This document shows positions 19,914-29,190 of a stretch of 47,794 nt of DNA, piece after piece. A program made the position numbers and the translations under genes. The notes beneath the pieces were generated by a model that did not search any database, was not told the origin of the DNA, and saw only the letters and a list, made by a program, of their open reading frames with translations. Source of the DNA: Rudaea sp. GTDB taxonomy: Bacteria > Pseudomonadota > Gammaproteobacteria > Xanthomonadales > Rhodanobacteraceae. Position 1 is the first letter of the stretch; each line of letters starts with the position of its first letter. The DNA lies in assembly GCF_036383415.1 (NCBI RefSeq), contig NZ_DASVOK010000275.1, positions 1-47,794 on the forward strand, read 5' to 3'.

Positions 19914-20321
19914 TCAGCCGACGCGGGATCCGACAGGCCGATGCTCGGTGTCCTTGCCCGGAGTCAGGAACAGCATCGTCGTGGCAACATCGGTCTTCGC
20001 CGTGTGCCACGCGCCTTGCGGCACGAGAACATAGTCGCCCGGCGAGTCCAGGTGTACCTCACATTCACTACCCGATTGCTCGATGACAAGAGTCGCCGTA
20101 CCGGAGAGCAGCATGACCACCTCCTCGCCGGCAGGATGCCGCTCCCAGGTGGCCCATGGCTCGGAGAACGTGAACGCCGACATCAGTCGGCCCTGGTCCA
20201 GCTGCGGATAGGCGCCGCCGGCCAGGTCCTGCCAGAACGATTCCGACGGAGGAATCGCATCGGTCCTGCCGCCCTCGCGCACATGGAGATAGGCGCCGAG
20301 AATATTCGGGGTTGCGTTCAT
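19914..20321 (-). CDS. Cupin domain protein
   Basis: WERHPAGEEVVMLLSG and VVPQGAWH-type cupin motifs (VLVPQGAWH). Confidence 0.88.
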   Translation of the reverse strand: MNATPNILGAYLHVREGGRTDAIPPSESFWQDLAGGAYPQLDQGRLMSAFTFSEPWATWERHPAGEEVVMLLSGTATLVIEQSGSECEVHLDSPGDYVLVPQGAWHTAKTDVATTMLFLTPGKDTEHRPVGSRVG

Positions 20322-20518
20322 CGGTATCCCTTTGAGCCGGATGCTTCAATGCGGTCGAGCGGGGAGGCCGCCGCGATTGTCGGGCACGCGTCGCCGCAAG
20401 GATAGCCGGAATGGAAGTCGGCTGACGCGACGCGGGTATTTGCCGCAGAACGGCCGCGGAAGATCGCAGCCACCGCACGCCATTGCGGCGTGCGGGATGA
20501 AGCCATGGATCGAAGCTC

Positions 20519-22351
20519 TTACGCCGCCTGGCGCGAAGCGCGCTTGCGATCGTTCTCGGTCAGGTGTTTCTTGCGCAGGCGGATTTCCTTCGGCGTGACT
20601 TCGACCAGTTCGTCGTCCTCGATGAAGTCGAGAGCCTGCTCCAGCGAGTACTTGATCGCCGGGGTCAGCTTGATCGCGTCGTCCTTGCCCGAGGCACGCA
20701 TGTTGGTCAGCGGCTTGGTCTTGATCGCGTTGACGGTGAGGTCGTTGTCCTTAGAGTGGATGCCGACCAACTGGCCTTCGTACACATTGTCGCCTTCGGC
20801 GGCGAACAGCTTGCCGCGCTCTTCGAGCGGCCCCAGCGCGTAGGCCGGGGTGGCGCCCGGCGCGTTGGCGATCATCACGCCATTGAGGCGCTTGGCGATC
20901 GTGCCCTGTTCCTTCGGGCCGTAATGGTCGAAGACGTGGAACAGCAGGCCCGAACCCTGGGTGAGAGTGCGGAATTCGTTCTGGAAACCGATCAAGCCGC
21001 GCGCCGGGATTTGATACTCGAGGCGCACCCGACCTTTTCCATCCGGCTCCATGTTCTTCAACTGCGCCTTGCGCGCGCCGAGTTTTTCCATCACGCCGCC
21101 CTGGTGGATTTCTTCCACGTCGACGACGAGCTGCTCGATCGGCTCCATCAACTGGCCGTCGATTTCCTTGATGATGACTTCCGGGCGCGACACGGCCAGT
21201 TCATAGCCTTCGCGGCGCATGTTCTCGATCAGCACCGACAGATGCAGCTCGCCGCGGCCGGAGACGAGGAATTTGTCCGCATCGGAACCTTCCTCGACGC
21301 GCAGCGCAACGTTGTGCACGCGCTCGCGGTCGAGGCGCTCGCGCAGCTGGCGGCTGGTCAAGAACTTGCCGCCGGACAGCTCCTTGTTGCCGGCGAACGG
21401 CGAGTTGTTGACCTGGAAAGTCATGCTGATGGTCGGTTCGTCCACTGTCAGCACGGGCAACTGTTCCGGCGCATCGGGCGCGCAGATCGTGTCGGAAATG
21501 CCCAGGTCTTCGACGCCGTTGATGGCGATGATGTCGCCTGCTTCCGCCTCGGCGACTTCGCGGCGCTCCAGGCCCATGAAGCCGAGCACCTGCAGGACGC
21601 GGCCGTTGCGCTTCTTGCCTTCGCGGTCAACCACGGCGACCGGCATGTTGGTGCGCACCTTGCCACGCTGGATGCGGCCGATGCCGATCAGGCCGACGTA
21701 AGAGTTGTAGTCGAGCTGCGAGATGCGCATCTGGAACGGGCCCTCGGGATCGACCTTCGGCGCGTGCACGTGCTTCATGATCGCCTCGTACAGCGGCGTC
21801 ATGTCGCCTTCGCGCACGTCGGGCGTCAGGCCGGCGTAGCCGTGCAGGGCCGAGGCGTAGACGACGGGGAAGTCGAGCTGCTCGTTGGTCGCACCGAGGC
21901 GGTCGAACAGGTCGAAGGTCTGGTCGAGCACCCAGTCCGGGCGCGCGCCGGGGCGGTCGACCTTGTTGATCACGACGATGGGCTTGAAACCCATCTGGAA
22001 CGCCTTCTGGGTGACGAAGCGCGTCTGCGGCATCGGCCCGTCCATTGCGTCGACCAGCAGCAGCACCGAGTCGACCATCGACAGCACGCGCTCGACCTCT
22101 CCGCCGAAGTCGGCGTGTCCGGGCGTGTCGACGATGTTGATGCGGTTGCCCTGCCAGGTGATCGCCGTGTTCTTGGCCAGAATCGTGATGCCGCGTTCCT
22201 TTTCCTGGTCGTTCGAGTCCATCACGCGCTCGGCGAGCACGGTGCGTTCGCTGAACGTGCCGGACTGCTTGAGCAAGCAGTCGACGAGGGTGGTCTTGCC
22301 ATGGTCGACATGGGCGACGATGGCGATATTGCGCAGATTTTCGATGGACAT
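20519..22351 (-). CDS. typA: Translational GTPase TypA/BipA
   Basis: [69 protein letters not shown]. Confidence 0.98.
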   Translation of the reverse strand: MSIENLRNIAIVAHVDHGKTTLVDCLLKQSGTFSERTVLAERVMDSNDQEKERGITILAKNTAITWQGNRINIVDTPGHADFGGEVERVLSMVDSVLLLVDAMDGPMPQTRFVTQKAFQMGFKPIVVINKVDRPGARPDWVLDQTFDLFDRLGATNEQLDFPVVYASALHGYAGLTPDVREGDMTPLYEAIMKHVHAPKVDPEGPFQMRISQLDYNSYVGLIGIGRIQRGKVRTNMPVAVVDREGKKRNGRVLQVLGFMGLERREVAEAEAGDIIAINGVEDLGISDTICAPDAPEQLPVLTVDEPTISMTFQVNNSPFAGNKELSGGKFLTSRQLRERLDRERVHNVALRVEEGSDADKFLVSGRGELHLSVLIENMRREGYELAVSRPEVIIKEIDGQLMEPIEQLVVDVEEIHQGGVMEKLGARKAQLKNMEPDGKGRVRLEYQIPARGLIGFQNEFRTLTQGSGLLFHVFDHYGPKEQGTIAKRLNGVMIANAPGATPAYALGPLEERGKLFAAEGDNVYEGQLVGIHSKDNDLTVNAIKTKPLTNMRASGKDDAIKLTPAIKYSLEQALDFIEDDELVEVTPKEIRLRKKHLTENDRKRASRQAA

Positions 22352-22400
22352 GGCGATAAGCCCGCCCTGACGGCAGGCTGATTTAGAAAAGGATGGCGCG

Positions 22401-22406
22401 ATTATA
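22401..22406 (-). promoter_or_regulatory. Possible -10 element of the typA promoter
   Basis: TATAAT on the minus strand about 50 nt upstream of typA; no clear -35. Confidence 0.4.
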
Positions 22407-22446
22407 CCCGATTTTGGCTGAATACTGCGGCGCAGCATCCTCCCTG

Positions 22447-22474
22447 CGTCATTCGCGCCTTCGCGGGAATGACG
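22447..22474. repeat. REP-like palindrome (GTCATTCCCGCG-type)
   Basis: CGTCATTCGCGCCTTCGCGGGAATGACG; the reverse complement begins CGTCATTCCCGCGAAGGC, resembling ATTCCC-N8-GGGAAT repeats. Confidence 0.55.
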
Positions 22475-22512
22475 GCCAGGAGCTATCATGCGCGCCCCAA
22501 TCGGAGACCCTC

Positions 22513-23031
22513 ATGAGCCAAGACCTGCAAGCCCACATCAAGACCTCGCGCGGCACGATCCATATCCGCCTGACGCCCGAACACACGCCGGTGACCGTGG
22601 CGAATTTCGTCAACCTGGCCCAGCACAAGTTCTACGACGGGCTGAATTTCCACCGCGTGATCCCGGACTTCATGATCCAGGGCGGCTGCCCGGAGGGTTC
22701 GGGGCGCGGCGGTCCGGGCTATCGCTTCGGCGACGAGTTCGTCGCGCACCTGAAGCACAACAAGCCGGGCGTGCTGTCGATGGCGAATGCGGGGCCGGGC
22801 ACGAACGGCTCGCAGTTCTTCATCACCCATGTGGTCACGCCGTGGCTCGACGGCAAGCACACGGTGTTCGGTGAAGTGCTGAGCGCGGATGACCAGAAGG
22901 TCGTCGACAGCATCAAGCAGGGCGACCAGATCGAGTCGATCACGATCGTCGGTGACACCGCGCCGCTGTTCGCCAATGCCAAGGTCGCGCCGCTGCTCGA
23001 GCAGTGGAACAAGACGCTCGCTTCGCGCTGA
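22513..23031 (+). CDS. Cyclophilin-type peptidyl-prolyl isomerase
   Basis: FHRVIPDFMIQGG, LSMANAGPGTNGSQFFIT, WLDGKHTVFG; GGAG RBS. Confidence 0.96.
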   Translation: MSQDLQAHIKTSRGTIHIRLTPEHTPVTVANFVNLAQHKFYDGLNFHRVIPDFMIQGGCPEGSGRGGPGYRFGDEFVAHLKHNKPGVLSMANAGPGTNGSQFFITHVVTPWLDGKHTVFGEVLSADDQKVVDSIKQGDQIESITIVGDTAPLFANAKVAPLLEQWNKTLASR

Positions 23032-23048
23032 CGCGGGAAACAGAGCAT

Positions 23049-23081
23049 AAAAAAGGCCGCCCGAGGGCGGCCTTTTTGTTT
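23049..23081. terminator. Bidirectional intrinsic terminator
   Basis: AAAAAA-GGCCGCC-cgag-GGCGGCC-TTTTT between convergent genes. Confidence 0.9.
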
Positions 23082-23095
23082 GCGTGAAGCGCCGG

Positions 23096-23353
23096 TTACA
23101 TGTAGCCGAGCTGCTTGACGATGAACAGGATGATGACCGAGCCGATGATGGACATGATGAAGCCGGCGGGGTGGAACATCTGACCGTCAGCGGGCTTCTT
23201 GAACAGACTGCCGATCAGGCCGCCGAGGATCGAGCCACCGATGCCGAGGAGCACGGTCAGGATGAACCCCAGGTGCATGGCACCCGGATAGAACCAACGC
23301 GCAAGCAGGCCAACGATGAAACCGATGATGATGGACCAGATGATGTGCAGCAT
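23096..23353 (-). CDS. GlsB/YeaQ/YmgE (transglycosylase-associated) membrane protein
   Basis: 85 aa, IIIGFIVGLLAR..PG..G...T.LLGIGGS..GG...SIIGSVIILF; AAGGAG RBS. Confidence 0.9.
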   Translation of the reverse strand: MLHIIWSIIIGFIVGLLARWFYPGAMHLGFILTVLLGIGGSILGGLIGSLFKKPADGQMFHPAGFIMSIIGSVIILFIVKQLGYM

Positions 23354-23523
23354 GCGATCTCCTTGGGACGTGTCCGGAAACAGCGGTTCTGCCGAAAAAT
23401 GCCGCAGGCAGGGCAGTTCGAGTGTAGCAAATCCGCTCGTTCGCAAAAGCTTAAAAACAGCCCCGATTTGGCTATGCAGAAGCCTTCGCCGCAGCTGCGC
23501 ACGCCGCTGCGCTGCAGCAAATA

Positions 23524-23532
23524 TGCTAGACT
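23524..23532 (+). promoter_or_regulatory. Possible extended -10 promoter for the aminotransferase
   Basis: TG-C-TAGACT, 36 nt upstream of the ATG. Confidence 0.4.
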
Positions 23533-23568
23533 GAGAAGCTGTTTTCATCCGCGATCGAGGAGACTGAA

Positions 23569-24768
23569 ATGCCTTTGCTGGCTGAACGCATGAGCCGCGC
23601 TAAGCCCAGCGCCATCATGGTTGTGGCGGAGAAGGCAAAGCAGCTCAAGGCGGCGGGCAAGGACATCATCAGCTTCTCGATCGGCGTGCCGAATTTCCTG
23701 CCGGGCGAGCATGTCTACGCCGCCGCGCGCGAGGCACTCGCGCACGACAGCGGGCAATACGGCTCCAACCGCGGCAGCGAAGCGCTGCTCGATGCGTTCC
23801 TCAAGCATCTGCAAGACAGCGGCTTCAACGGCTACGAGCGCAAGAACCTCGTCGTCGGCATCGGCGCCAAGCAGGTGTTGTACAACCTGGCCGAGGCGCT
23901 GTTGAATCCGGGCGACGAAGTCGTCTTCCCGACGCCGTACTGGACGAGCTACGCCGACATCGCCGACATCGTCGGCGCGAAGACCACGCTGCTGCCGTGC
24001 CCGCCCGAGCAGAACTACAAGCTCAAGCCCGAGCAGCTGGCGAAGGCGCTGGCGAGCAAGCCCAAGGTATTCCTGTTCAACAATCCGTCGAACCCGACCG
24101 GCATGGTCTATTCGAAGGACGAGATCGCCGCGCTTGCCGATGTGCTTGCCGCGCATGCGGACACCTGGATCATCTGCGACGACATCTATAACCGTCTCGT
24201 CTTCGACGGCGTCGGCTACCACAATTTCCTGCATGTGCGGCCCGAGTTGCGCGAGCGCACGATCGTGGTCGATTCGATCTCGAAGACCTATGGCATGCCG
24301 GGCTGGCGTGTCGGCCTGATCGCCGCGCCGGAGAAGGTCGCGCAGGCGCTGGTCACGCTGAATTCGAATCACATCACGAACCTGCCCGAAGTCGTCACTG
24401 CGGCCGCGGTGGCGGCATTGTCGGGGCCGCAGGACATTCCCGCACGCAAGGCGGTCGAATTCGCCGCCAAGCGCGACCGCGTGCTCGCCGTGCTCGCTTC
24501 GATTCCCGGCGTGAAGTGTCCACGTCCGCAGGGCGCGTTCTATGTGTTCCCGGACATCTCGGTCGCGTTCGGCAGGAAGCACGGTTCGACCGTGATTGCC
24601 AACGACGTCGACCTGTGCAACGCATTGCTCGAGGCCAAGGGCGTCGCCTGCGTGCCGGGTTCGGCGTTCGGCGAGCCGCGCGCCTTGCGCATTTCCTATA
24701 CCTGTTCCGACGCGCAGCTCGACGAGGGCATGAAGCGCATCAAGGAATTTTTCTCGGAACTCACCTGA
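23569..24768 (+). CDS. PLP-dependent class I/II aminotransferase (aspartate aminotransferase-like)
   Basis: [47 protein letters not shown]. Confidence 0.93.
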   Translation: MPLLAERMSRAKPSAIMVVAEKAKQLKAAGKDIISFSIGVPNFLPGEHVYAAAREALAHDSGQYGSNRGSEALLDAFLKHLQDSGFNGYERKNLVVGIGAKQVLYNLAEALLNPGDEVVFPTPYWTSYADIADIVGAKTTLLPCPPEQNYKLKPEQLAKALASKPKVFLFNNPSNPTGMVYSKDEIAALADVLAAHADTWIICDDIYNRLVFDGVGYHNFLHVRPELRERTIVVDSISKTYGMPGWRVGLIAAPEKVAQALVTLNSNHITNLPEVVTAAAVAALSGPQDIPARKAVEFAAKRDRVLAVLASIPGVKCPRPQGAFYVFPDISVAFGRKHGSTVIANDVDLCNALLEAKGVACVPGSAFGEPRALRISYTCSDAQLDEGMKRIKEFFSELT

Positions 24769-24884
24769 TCGTAGCGGCGCGATTTATCGCGCCCGGCCTT
24801 TTCTTGCGCGTGTTTGATGAGCAAGGGCCGGGTTCGACAAATCGAACCCCGACAACATCCCCCAGTCCTCTCCCGGAGAAATCG

Positions 24885-25871
24885 ATGAAAGCTCCCGTCC
24901 GTGTAGTAGTCACCGGCGCCGCCGGCCAGATCGGTTATGCCCTGCTGTTCCGCATCGCCTCGGGCGACATGCTTGGCAAGGACCAGCCGGTCATTCTGCA
25001 CCTGCTCGAAATCACGCCTGCGCTGCCGGCGTTGCAGGGCGTGGTCATGGAACTCAACGACTGTGCGTTCCCGACGCTCGCCGGCATCGTCGCCACCGAC
25101 AAGCTCGACGTCGCGTTCAAGGACGTCGACTACGCGCTGCTCGTCGGCGCGCGCCCGCGCGGCCCGGGCATGGAGCGCAAGGATCTGCTCGAAGCCAATG
25201 GCGCGATCTTCGGCCCGCAGGGCAAGGCGCTCAACGACCACGCCAAGCGTACGGTCAAGGTGCTCGTCGTCGGCAATCCGGCGAACACGAATTCGCTGAT
25301 CGCGCAGCAGAACGCGCCCGACCTCGATCCGGGCCAGTTCACCGCGATGGTGCGCCTCGACCACAATCGCGCGCTGTCGCAGCTCGCCGAGAAGACCGGC
25401 GCGCACACGACCGACATCAAGAAGGTCACGATCTGGGGCAACCATTCCTCGACCCAGTATCCCGACCTGCACCACGCGACCGTGCAGGGCAAGGCCGCGC
25501 TGAGCCTCGTCGACCAGACCTGGTACGAAAAAGATTTCATCCCGACCGTGCAGCAGCGCGGCGCGGCGATCATCAAGGCGCGCGGCGCGTCGTCGGCGGC
25601 GTCGGCGGCCTCGGCCGCGGTCGACCACATGCGCTCCTGGGCGCTCGGCACGGACGAAGGCGATTGGGTGTCGATGGGCATTCCGTCCGATGGCAGCTAC
25701 AGCATCGCCCCTGGCGTGATCTACGGTTACCCGGTGACGGTGAAGGACGGCAAGTACGCGATCGTGCAGGGTTTGGCGATCAACGATTTCTCGCGTGCAC
25801 GCATGGACGCGACCGACAAGGAACTGCGCGAGGAGCGCGCCGGCGTCGAGCACTTGTTCGCGAAGAAATGA
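24885..25871 (+). CDS. mdh: Malate dehydrogenase
   Basis: [47 protein letters not shown]. Confidence 0.97.
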   Translation: MKAPVRVVVTGAAGQIGYALLFRIASGDMLGKDQPVILHLLEITPALPALQGVVMELNDCAFPTLAGIVATDKLDVAFKDVDYALLVGARPRGPGMERKDLLEANGAIFGPQGKALNDHAKRTVKVLVVGNPANTNSLIAQQNAPDLDPGQFTAMVRLDHNRALSQLAEKTGAHTTDIKKVTIWGNHSSTQYPDLHHATVQGKAALSLVDQTWYEKDFIPTVQQRGAAIIKARGASSAASAASAAVDHMRSWALGTDEGDWVSMGIPSDGSYSIAPGVIYGYPVTVKDGKYAIVQGLAINDFSRARMDATDKELREERAGVEHLFAKK

Positions 25872-25906
25872 TGCATCGCGCGCGAACGCGCGCAGATGAC
25901 GTACGT

Positions 25907-25935
25907 GACAAGGCCGCCTGCATGGCGGCCTTGTC
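25907..25935. terminator. Probable terminator hairpin after mdh
   Basis: 12-bp stem GACAAGGCCGCC-tgcat-GGCGGCCTTGTC between convergent genes; short U-tract. Confidence 0.6.
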
Positions 25936-25997
25936 GTTTCGCAGGCTGGTTGATACGGGTTGTGCGCGTTGCGGGAGCGGCTGGCCCGCTCGGCCGC

Positions 25998-26570
25998 TCA
26001 GTGGATTGCGTAGACCAAGCTCAGTTGTCCCTGCGACAGCGGTTGCGCATGGCGCAATTCCAGCGCGCGGCGTTCGCTCATCGTGAACAACGGCCTGCCA
26101 TTGCCCGCGATCAGCGGATGCACGATCAGGCGCAGTTCGTCCACGAGCCCGGCATCGATCAGGCTGGAGGTAATCCGGCCACCGCCCATCAGGTAGATGT
26201 CCTTGCCGGGCTGCTGCTTGAGCGCGGCGATTTCCTCGACTCCGCGCAGGATGCGCGTCTTCGGCCACAGGGCGGACGCGAGTGTGTTCGACAACACGTA
26301 GTGCGTGGTCTTCGCGGCGAAACGCGCCCATTCGATCTCGGCCGGCGTCGCCAATCTGCCCGTCATCGGCAGGGGCTGGTCGGGGGCGTTCTGGGTCGCG
26401 GTCCAGTACTGCTCATAGCCGGGATACATGTGTCCGCCGAGCATGCAGGCGTCGATTTGCGCAGTCAGGCCGTAGTCTTCGGACCACGCGTCCACCCAGT
26501 CGGCATAGCCGTCCGCATTGCCGAACTTTCCGTCCGCCGAAATCTTCATCGCGGCAATCATCTTGCGCAT
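25998..26570 (-). CDS. Dihydrofolate reductase / RibD C-terminal family protein
   Basis: MRKMIAAMKISADG, LKQQPGKDIYLMGG, LVDELRLIVHPLIAGNGRPLF. Confidence 0.9.
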   Translation of the reverse strand: MRKMIAAMKISADGKFGNADGYADWVDAWSEDYGLTAQIDACMLGGHMYPGYEQYWTATQNAPDQPLPMTGRLATPAEIEWARFAAKTTHYVLSNTLASALWPKTRILRGVEEIAALKQQPGKDIYLMGGGRITSSLIDAGLVDELRLIVHPLIAGNGRPLFTMSERRALELRHAQPLSQGQLSLVYAIH

Positions 26571-26632
26571 TGCAATGTCCACGGCAGGGAATCAAATGGC
26601 CGAGGCATATACACCCGGCGAGTGCCGAAGCT

Positions 26633-27088
26633 TCAGGCAGCTTCGTCGAACGGATTCGGCTGCGCCGCGCCGGTGACGATGCGCTGGCGCAGATTGCCGT
26701 TGATGACGGCATCCCAGCCTTCCGCGCAGGCGGCGTAGCATTCGCAGCCCGGTTCGAGGCCGACGTGGGTGAAACGCAGTTCGGTCTTGCGGCCCTTGCG
26801 CACGATCTCGAACACGATATCCGTGTCTTTCCAACCGCGCTGGTCTTCTACAAAAGCGAGATGGCCGTCGGTCACGTGCCAGGCGACTTTCTTGCCGGGG
26901 ACGAGTTCGGTCACCGTCTGCGTCGAGTCGTGCATGTTTTCGTAGCGATAGCGGAACGTGGCGCCGAGCTTGTCGGTGTCGCCTTCGATGTCTCCCGACC
27001 ACCACGCGCGCACGTCGTTGATCGCGTCGAATACTTCTTCGGGGCTTCGATCGACCAGGAAATGGCTGTTGAAGGATTGTCTGCTCAC
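26633..27088 (-). CDS. SRPBCC (AHSA1-like) domain protein
   Basis: PEEVFDAI...WWS, VTELVP..KVAW, TELRFTHVGL, GW; GTG start with AGGAGA RBS. Confidence 0.88.
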   Translation of the reverse strand: MSRQSFNSHFLVDRSPEEVFDAINDVRAWWSGDIEGDTDKLGATFRYRYENMHDSTQTVTELVPGKKVAWHVTDGHLAFVEDQRGWKDTDIVFEIVRKGRKTELRFTHVGLEPGCECYAACAEGWDAVINGNLRQRIVTGAAQPNPFDEAA

Positions 27089-27112
27089 GGGATTTCTCCT
27101 GTTGGGATACGG

Positions 27113-27865
27113 TCAGTGATGCATTGGTGCAAGACAGAGCATGTCGCGCCAGGCGCACAGGTCGTCGAGCAACGGCTTCTCGTCGGCGAGGATCCTGGCC
27201 TTCTCGGTTTCGCCGGCCATCTGGATCATGTAGCTGTGCTCGGCGTTGCCCTGCTTGTCGATGAACGGCCATTGCAGGCTGGCGTGGTCGGCAAGGTTGG
27301 GCCGCGCGCCGATGTCTTCGTTGCTCATGCCCGGTGCGTAGAACATCAGGTGCGGCATTGCCAGCGTGCGCACTTTCATGTCGGGCGGCCCCGGCGCGCG
27401 GAACACCGGCATGACCATGTAGGACAGCCCCGGCCGCACCGGCGCCGTGTAGGTCTTGTCGCGATAGCGCTTCTCGACTTCGGCCTTCACCGCGGTCGCG
27501 CTCGTGCCCTGCGCGCGCAGGGCGGCCACGTCTATGCTGACCTTGAAGTGGGTCTTCGAGCCGGCGTCGTCGTAGCACAGCGGAACGAAGACATCGTCAC
27601 GGAACTCGGCGTCCTGCCATTGCGTGCGCTCGACCAGACAAACCAGACCGCTCGTGCCTGGCTTCGACAACACATATCCCTTTTTCGTGTCGAGCAGATA
27701 GACCGCGGCATCGGCGCGCAGGGCCGGCGGCAACGCGCTCAGCGCATACCGGGTTTCGAGCTCTGCGGGCATCGGTTCCAGTGCCGATCCGGCTGACCAG
27801 GCCGGTGTCGCGGTGAAGCCGATCACGGAGGCGAGGACGGCGGTCAACAGCAATTCGATTTTCAT
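27113..27865 (-). CDS. Secreted hypothetical protein
   Basis: Signal peptide from ATG 27865; LSALP, CYDDAG, GLSYM, PHLMFYAP; inside an operon. Confidence 0.8.
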   Translation of the reverse strand: MKIELLLTAVLASVIGFTATPAWSAGSALEPMPAELETRYALSALPPALRADAAVYLLDTKKGYVLSKPGTSGLVCLVERTQWQDAEFRDDVFVPLCYDDAGSKTHFKVSIDVAALRAQGTSATAVKAEVEKRYRDKTYTAPVRPGLSYMVMPVFRAPGPPDMKVRTLAMPHLMFYAPGMSNEDIGARPNLADHASLQWPFIDKQGNAEHSYMIQMAGETEKARILADEKPLLDDLCAWRDMLCLAPMHH

Positions 27866-27896
27866 GATGGCGTCTCTGTTTGCCGGCGTGATGGCG

Positions 27897-28355
27897 CTAC
27901 AGGCGCGGCTCGAGTTCTTCGAGGAACTGGGTCCAGCCGCCCTGATGTGCATTGGCGAGGATTTCATTCGGCAGGCCGTCGTGGGTCAGCGTCAATTCGG
28001 TCTTGCCGTTGCGCTCGGCGAGTTCGATCAGCACGACCGATTCCTTGCCCGTCGTCCATTCGCTGACCCAGGTGAATTCGAGCGCGCGCGGGCCATCGAT
28101 GCGCAGGTAGCGGCCGTAGTGCGGATTGATTTTCTCCAGCGCGCGCATCTCGATATAGAACAGGCCGCCGATGCGCACGTCGGCGCTGAAGTATTCGCCC
28201 TTGGCGAGCCAGGCGCCGATGCTGGCCGCATCGGTCCATGCCTTGAACACTTTCTCCGGCTTGGCATCGTAGGTGCGCGTGAGGCGGACAGAGTGCGGGC
28301 CCATCACCTTGGCGTTGCGGCCCTGCATCAGCGGACTTTTCATTGCGGTGTTCAT
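27897..28355 (-). CDS. SRPBCC (AHSA1-like) domain protein
   Basis: LTRTYDAKPEKVFKAWTD, DVRIGG, LEFTW, TELTLTH, H.GGW; ATGA overlap with the ArsR gene. Confidence 0.9.
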   Translation of the reverse strand: MNTAMKSPLMQGRNAKVMGPHSVRLTRTYDAKPEKVFKAWTDAASIGAWLAKGEYFSADVRIGGLFYIEMRALEKINPHYGRYLRIDGPRALEFTWVSEWTTGKESVVLIELAERNGKTELTLTHDGLPNEILANAHQGGWTQFLEELEPRL

Positions 28356-28684
28356 GACGGCTGCTCCTCGTCGGTTTGATTGGCAAGAAATTCTTCGAGT
28401 GCGTCGAGCTTCTCGTTCCAGAAGCGCTCGTAGCGCGACACCCATTGCACGACTTCGCGCAGCGGCGAGCCGCGCAGCTGCAGGTAGTGTTCGCGGCCGA
28501 GCCGTTCGCGCTTCACGATGCCGGAGCGCTCGAGCACCTTGATGTGCTTGGACACGGCGTTGAGTGACATCTCGAACGGCAGGGCGAGGTCGGTCACGCG
28601 CGTGCGTCCGCGCGAAAGGCGCGCGACGATGCGGCGGCGCGTGGGATCGGCGAGGGCGGCGAAGGCGAGGTCGAGTCTGGACAT
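28352..28684 (-). CDS. ArsR/SmtB family transcriptional regulator
   Basis: FAALADPTRRRIVARL, LALPFEMSLNAVSKHIKVLERSG, FWNEKLDALE. Confidence 0.93.
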   Translation of the reverse strand: MSRLDLAFAALADPTRRRIVARLSRGRTRVTDLALPFEMSLNAVSKHIKVLERSGIVKRERLGREHYLQLRGSPLREVVQWVSRYERFWNEKLDALEEFLANQTDEEQPS

Positions 28685-28690
28685 GGATTT

Positions 28691-28719
28691 ATATTCAACT
28701 AAAAGGTTGAATATGTCAA
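28691..28719 (-). promoter_or_regulatory. ArsR operator palindrome overlapping the promoter
   Basis: ATATTCAAC-taaaag-GTTGAATAT (28691-28714) overlapping minus-strand TTGACA (28719-28714). Confidence 0.8.
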
Positions 28720-28756
28720 GCACGAGAATGAATGATCTTTTTTGTGCCTCCCGCAC

Positions 28757-28787
28757 AAAGAAAACCGGCCGGATTTTGTCCGGCCGG
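28757..28787 (-). terminator. Intrinsic terminator of the Tyr-rich lipoprotein gene
   Basis: Minus strand CCGGCCGGA-caaaa-TCCGGCCGG followed by TTTTCTTT. Confidence 0.75.
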
Positions 28788-28807
28788 ATTCGAATCAGAC
28801 TCTGCGT

Positions 28808-29032
28808 TCAGCGCCAGTGTGGGCGCACCCAATGGTCGTGATGGTAGTAGCCGCCGATCCACACCGCGCCGACGTAGGGGCGCGCGTAGTAGTCGGTGTA
28901 GTAGGGCGTGTAGCCGTCGGGGTAGAACTCGGCGCGATAGTAGGGCCGCGTCGGATAGTAGACGCAGCCGCTGGCAACACCGGCGCCGATCAGCGTGAGA
29001 GCGATGAGGCAAAAGCGGCGGATCGTTTTCAT
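28808..29032 (-). CDS. Small Tyr-rich lipoprotein with a WxxGxY/W-like tail
   Basis: 74 aa from ATG 29032, lipobox ASG-C, followed by a terminator. Confidence 0.75.
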   Translation of the reverse strand: MKTIRRFCLIALTLIGAGVASGCVYYPTRPYYRAEFYPDGYTPYYTDYYARPYVGAVWIGGYYHHDHWVRPHWR

Positions 29033-29190
29033 GGCGATACCCGAAGTGGTGGACTTCACTGATAAAAACGAACCACGGCAACGCGCGTTTACGGTCGGCG
29101 GCAGTACATGCAGCAGACATTCAGCTAAAGTCGCATGGCTGGATCCCGCGAAGCCCGCTACATTGCAAACAAAGGATGGGAGGCACGCGC

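Noticed and set aside
20564-22381. 605-aa plus-strand ORF
   Set aside because: Antisense shadow of typA
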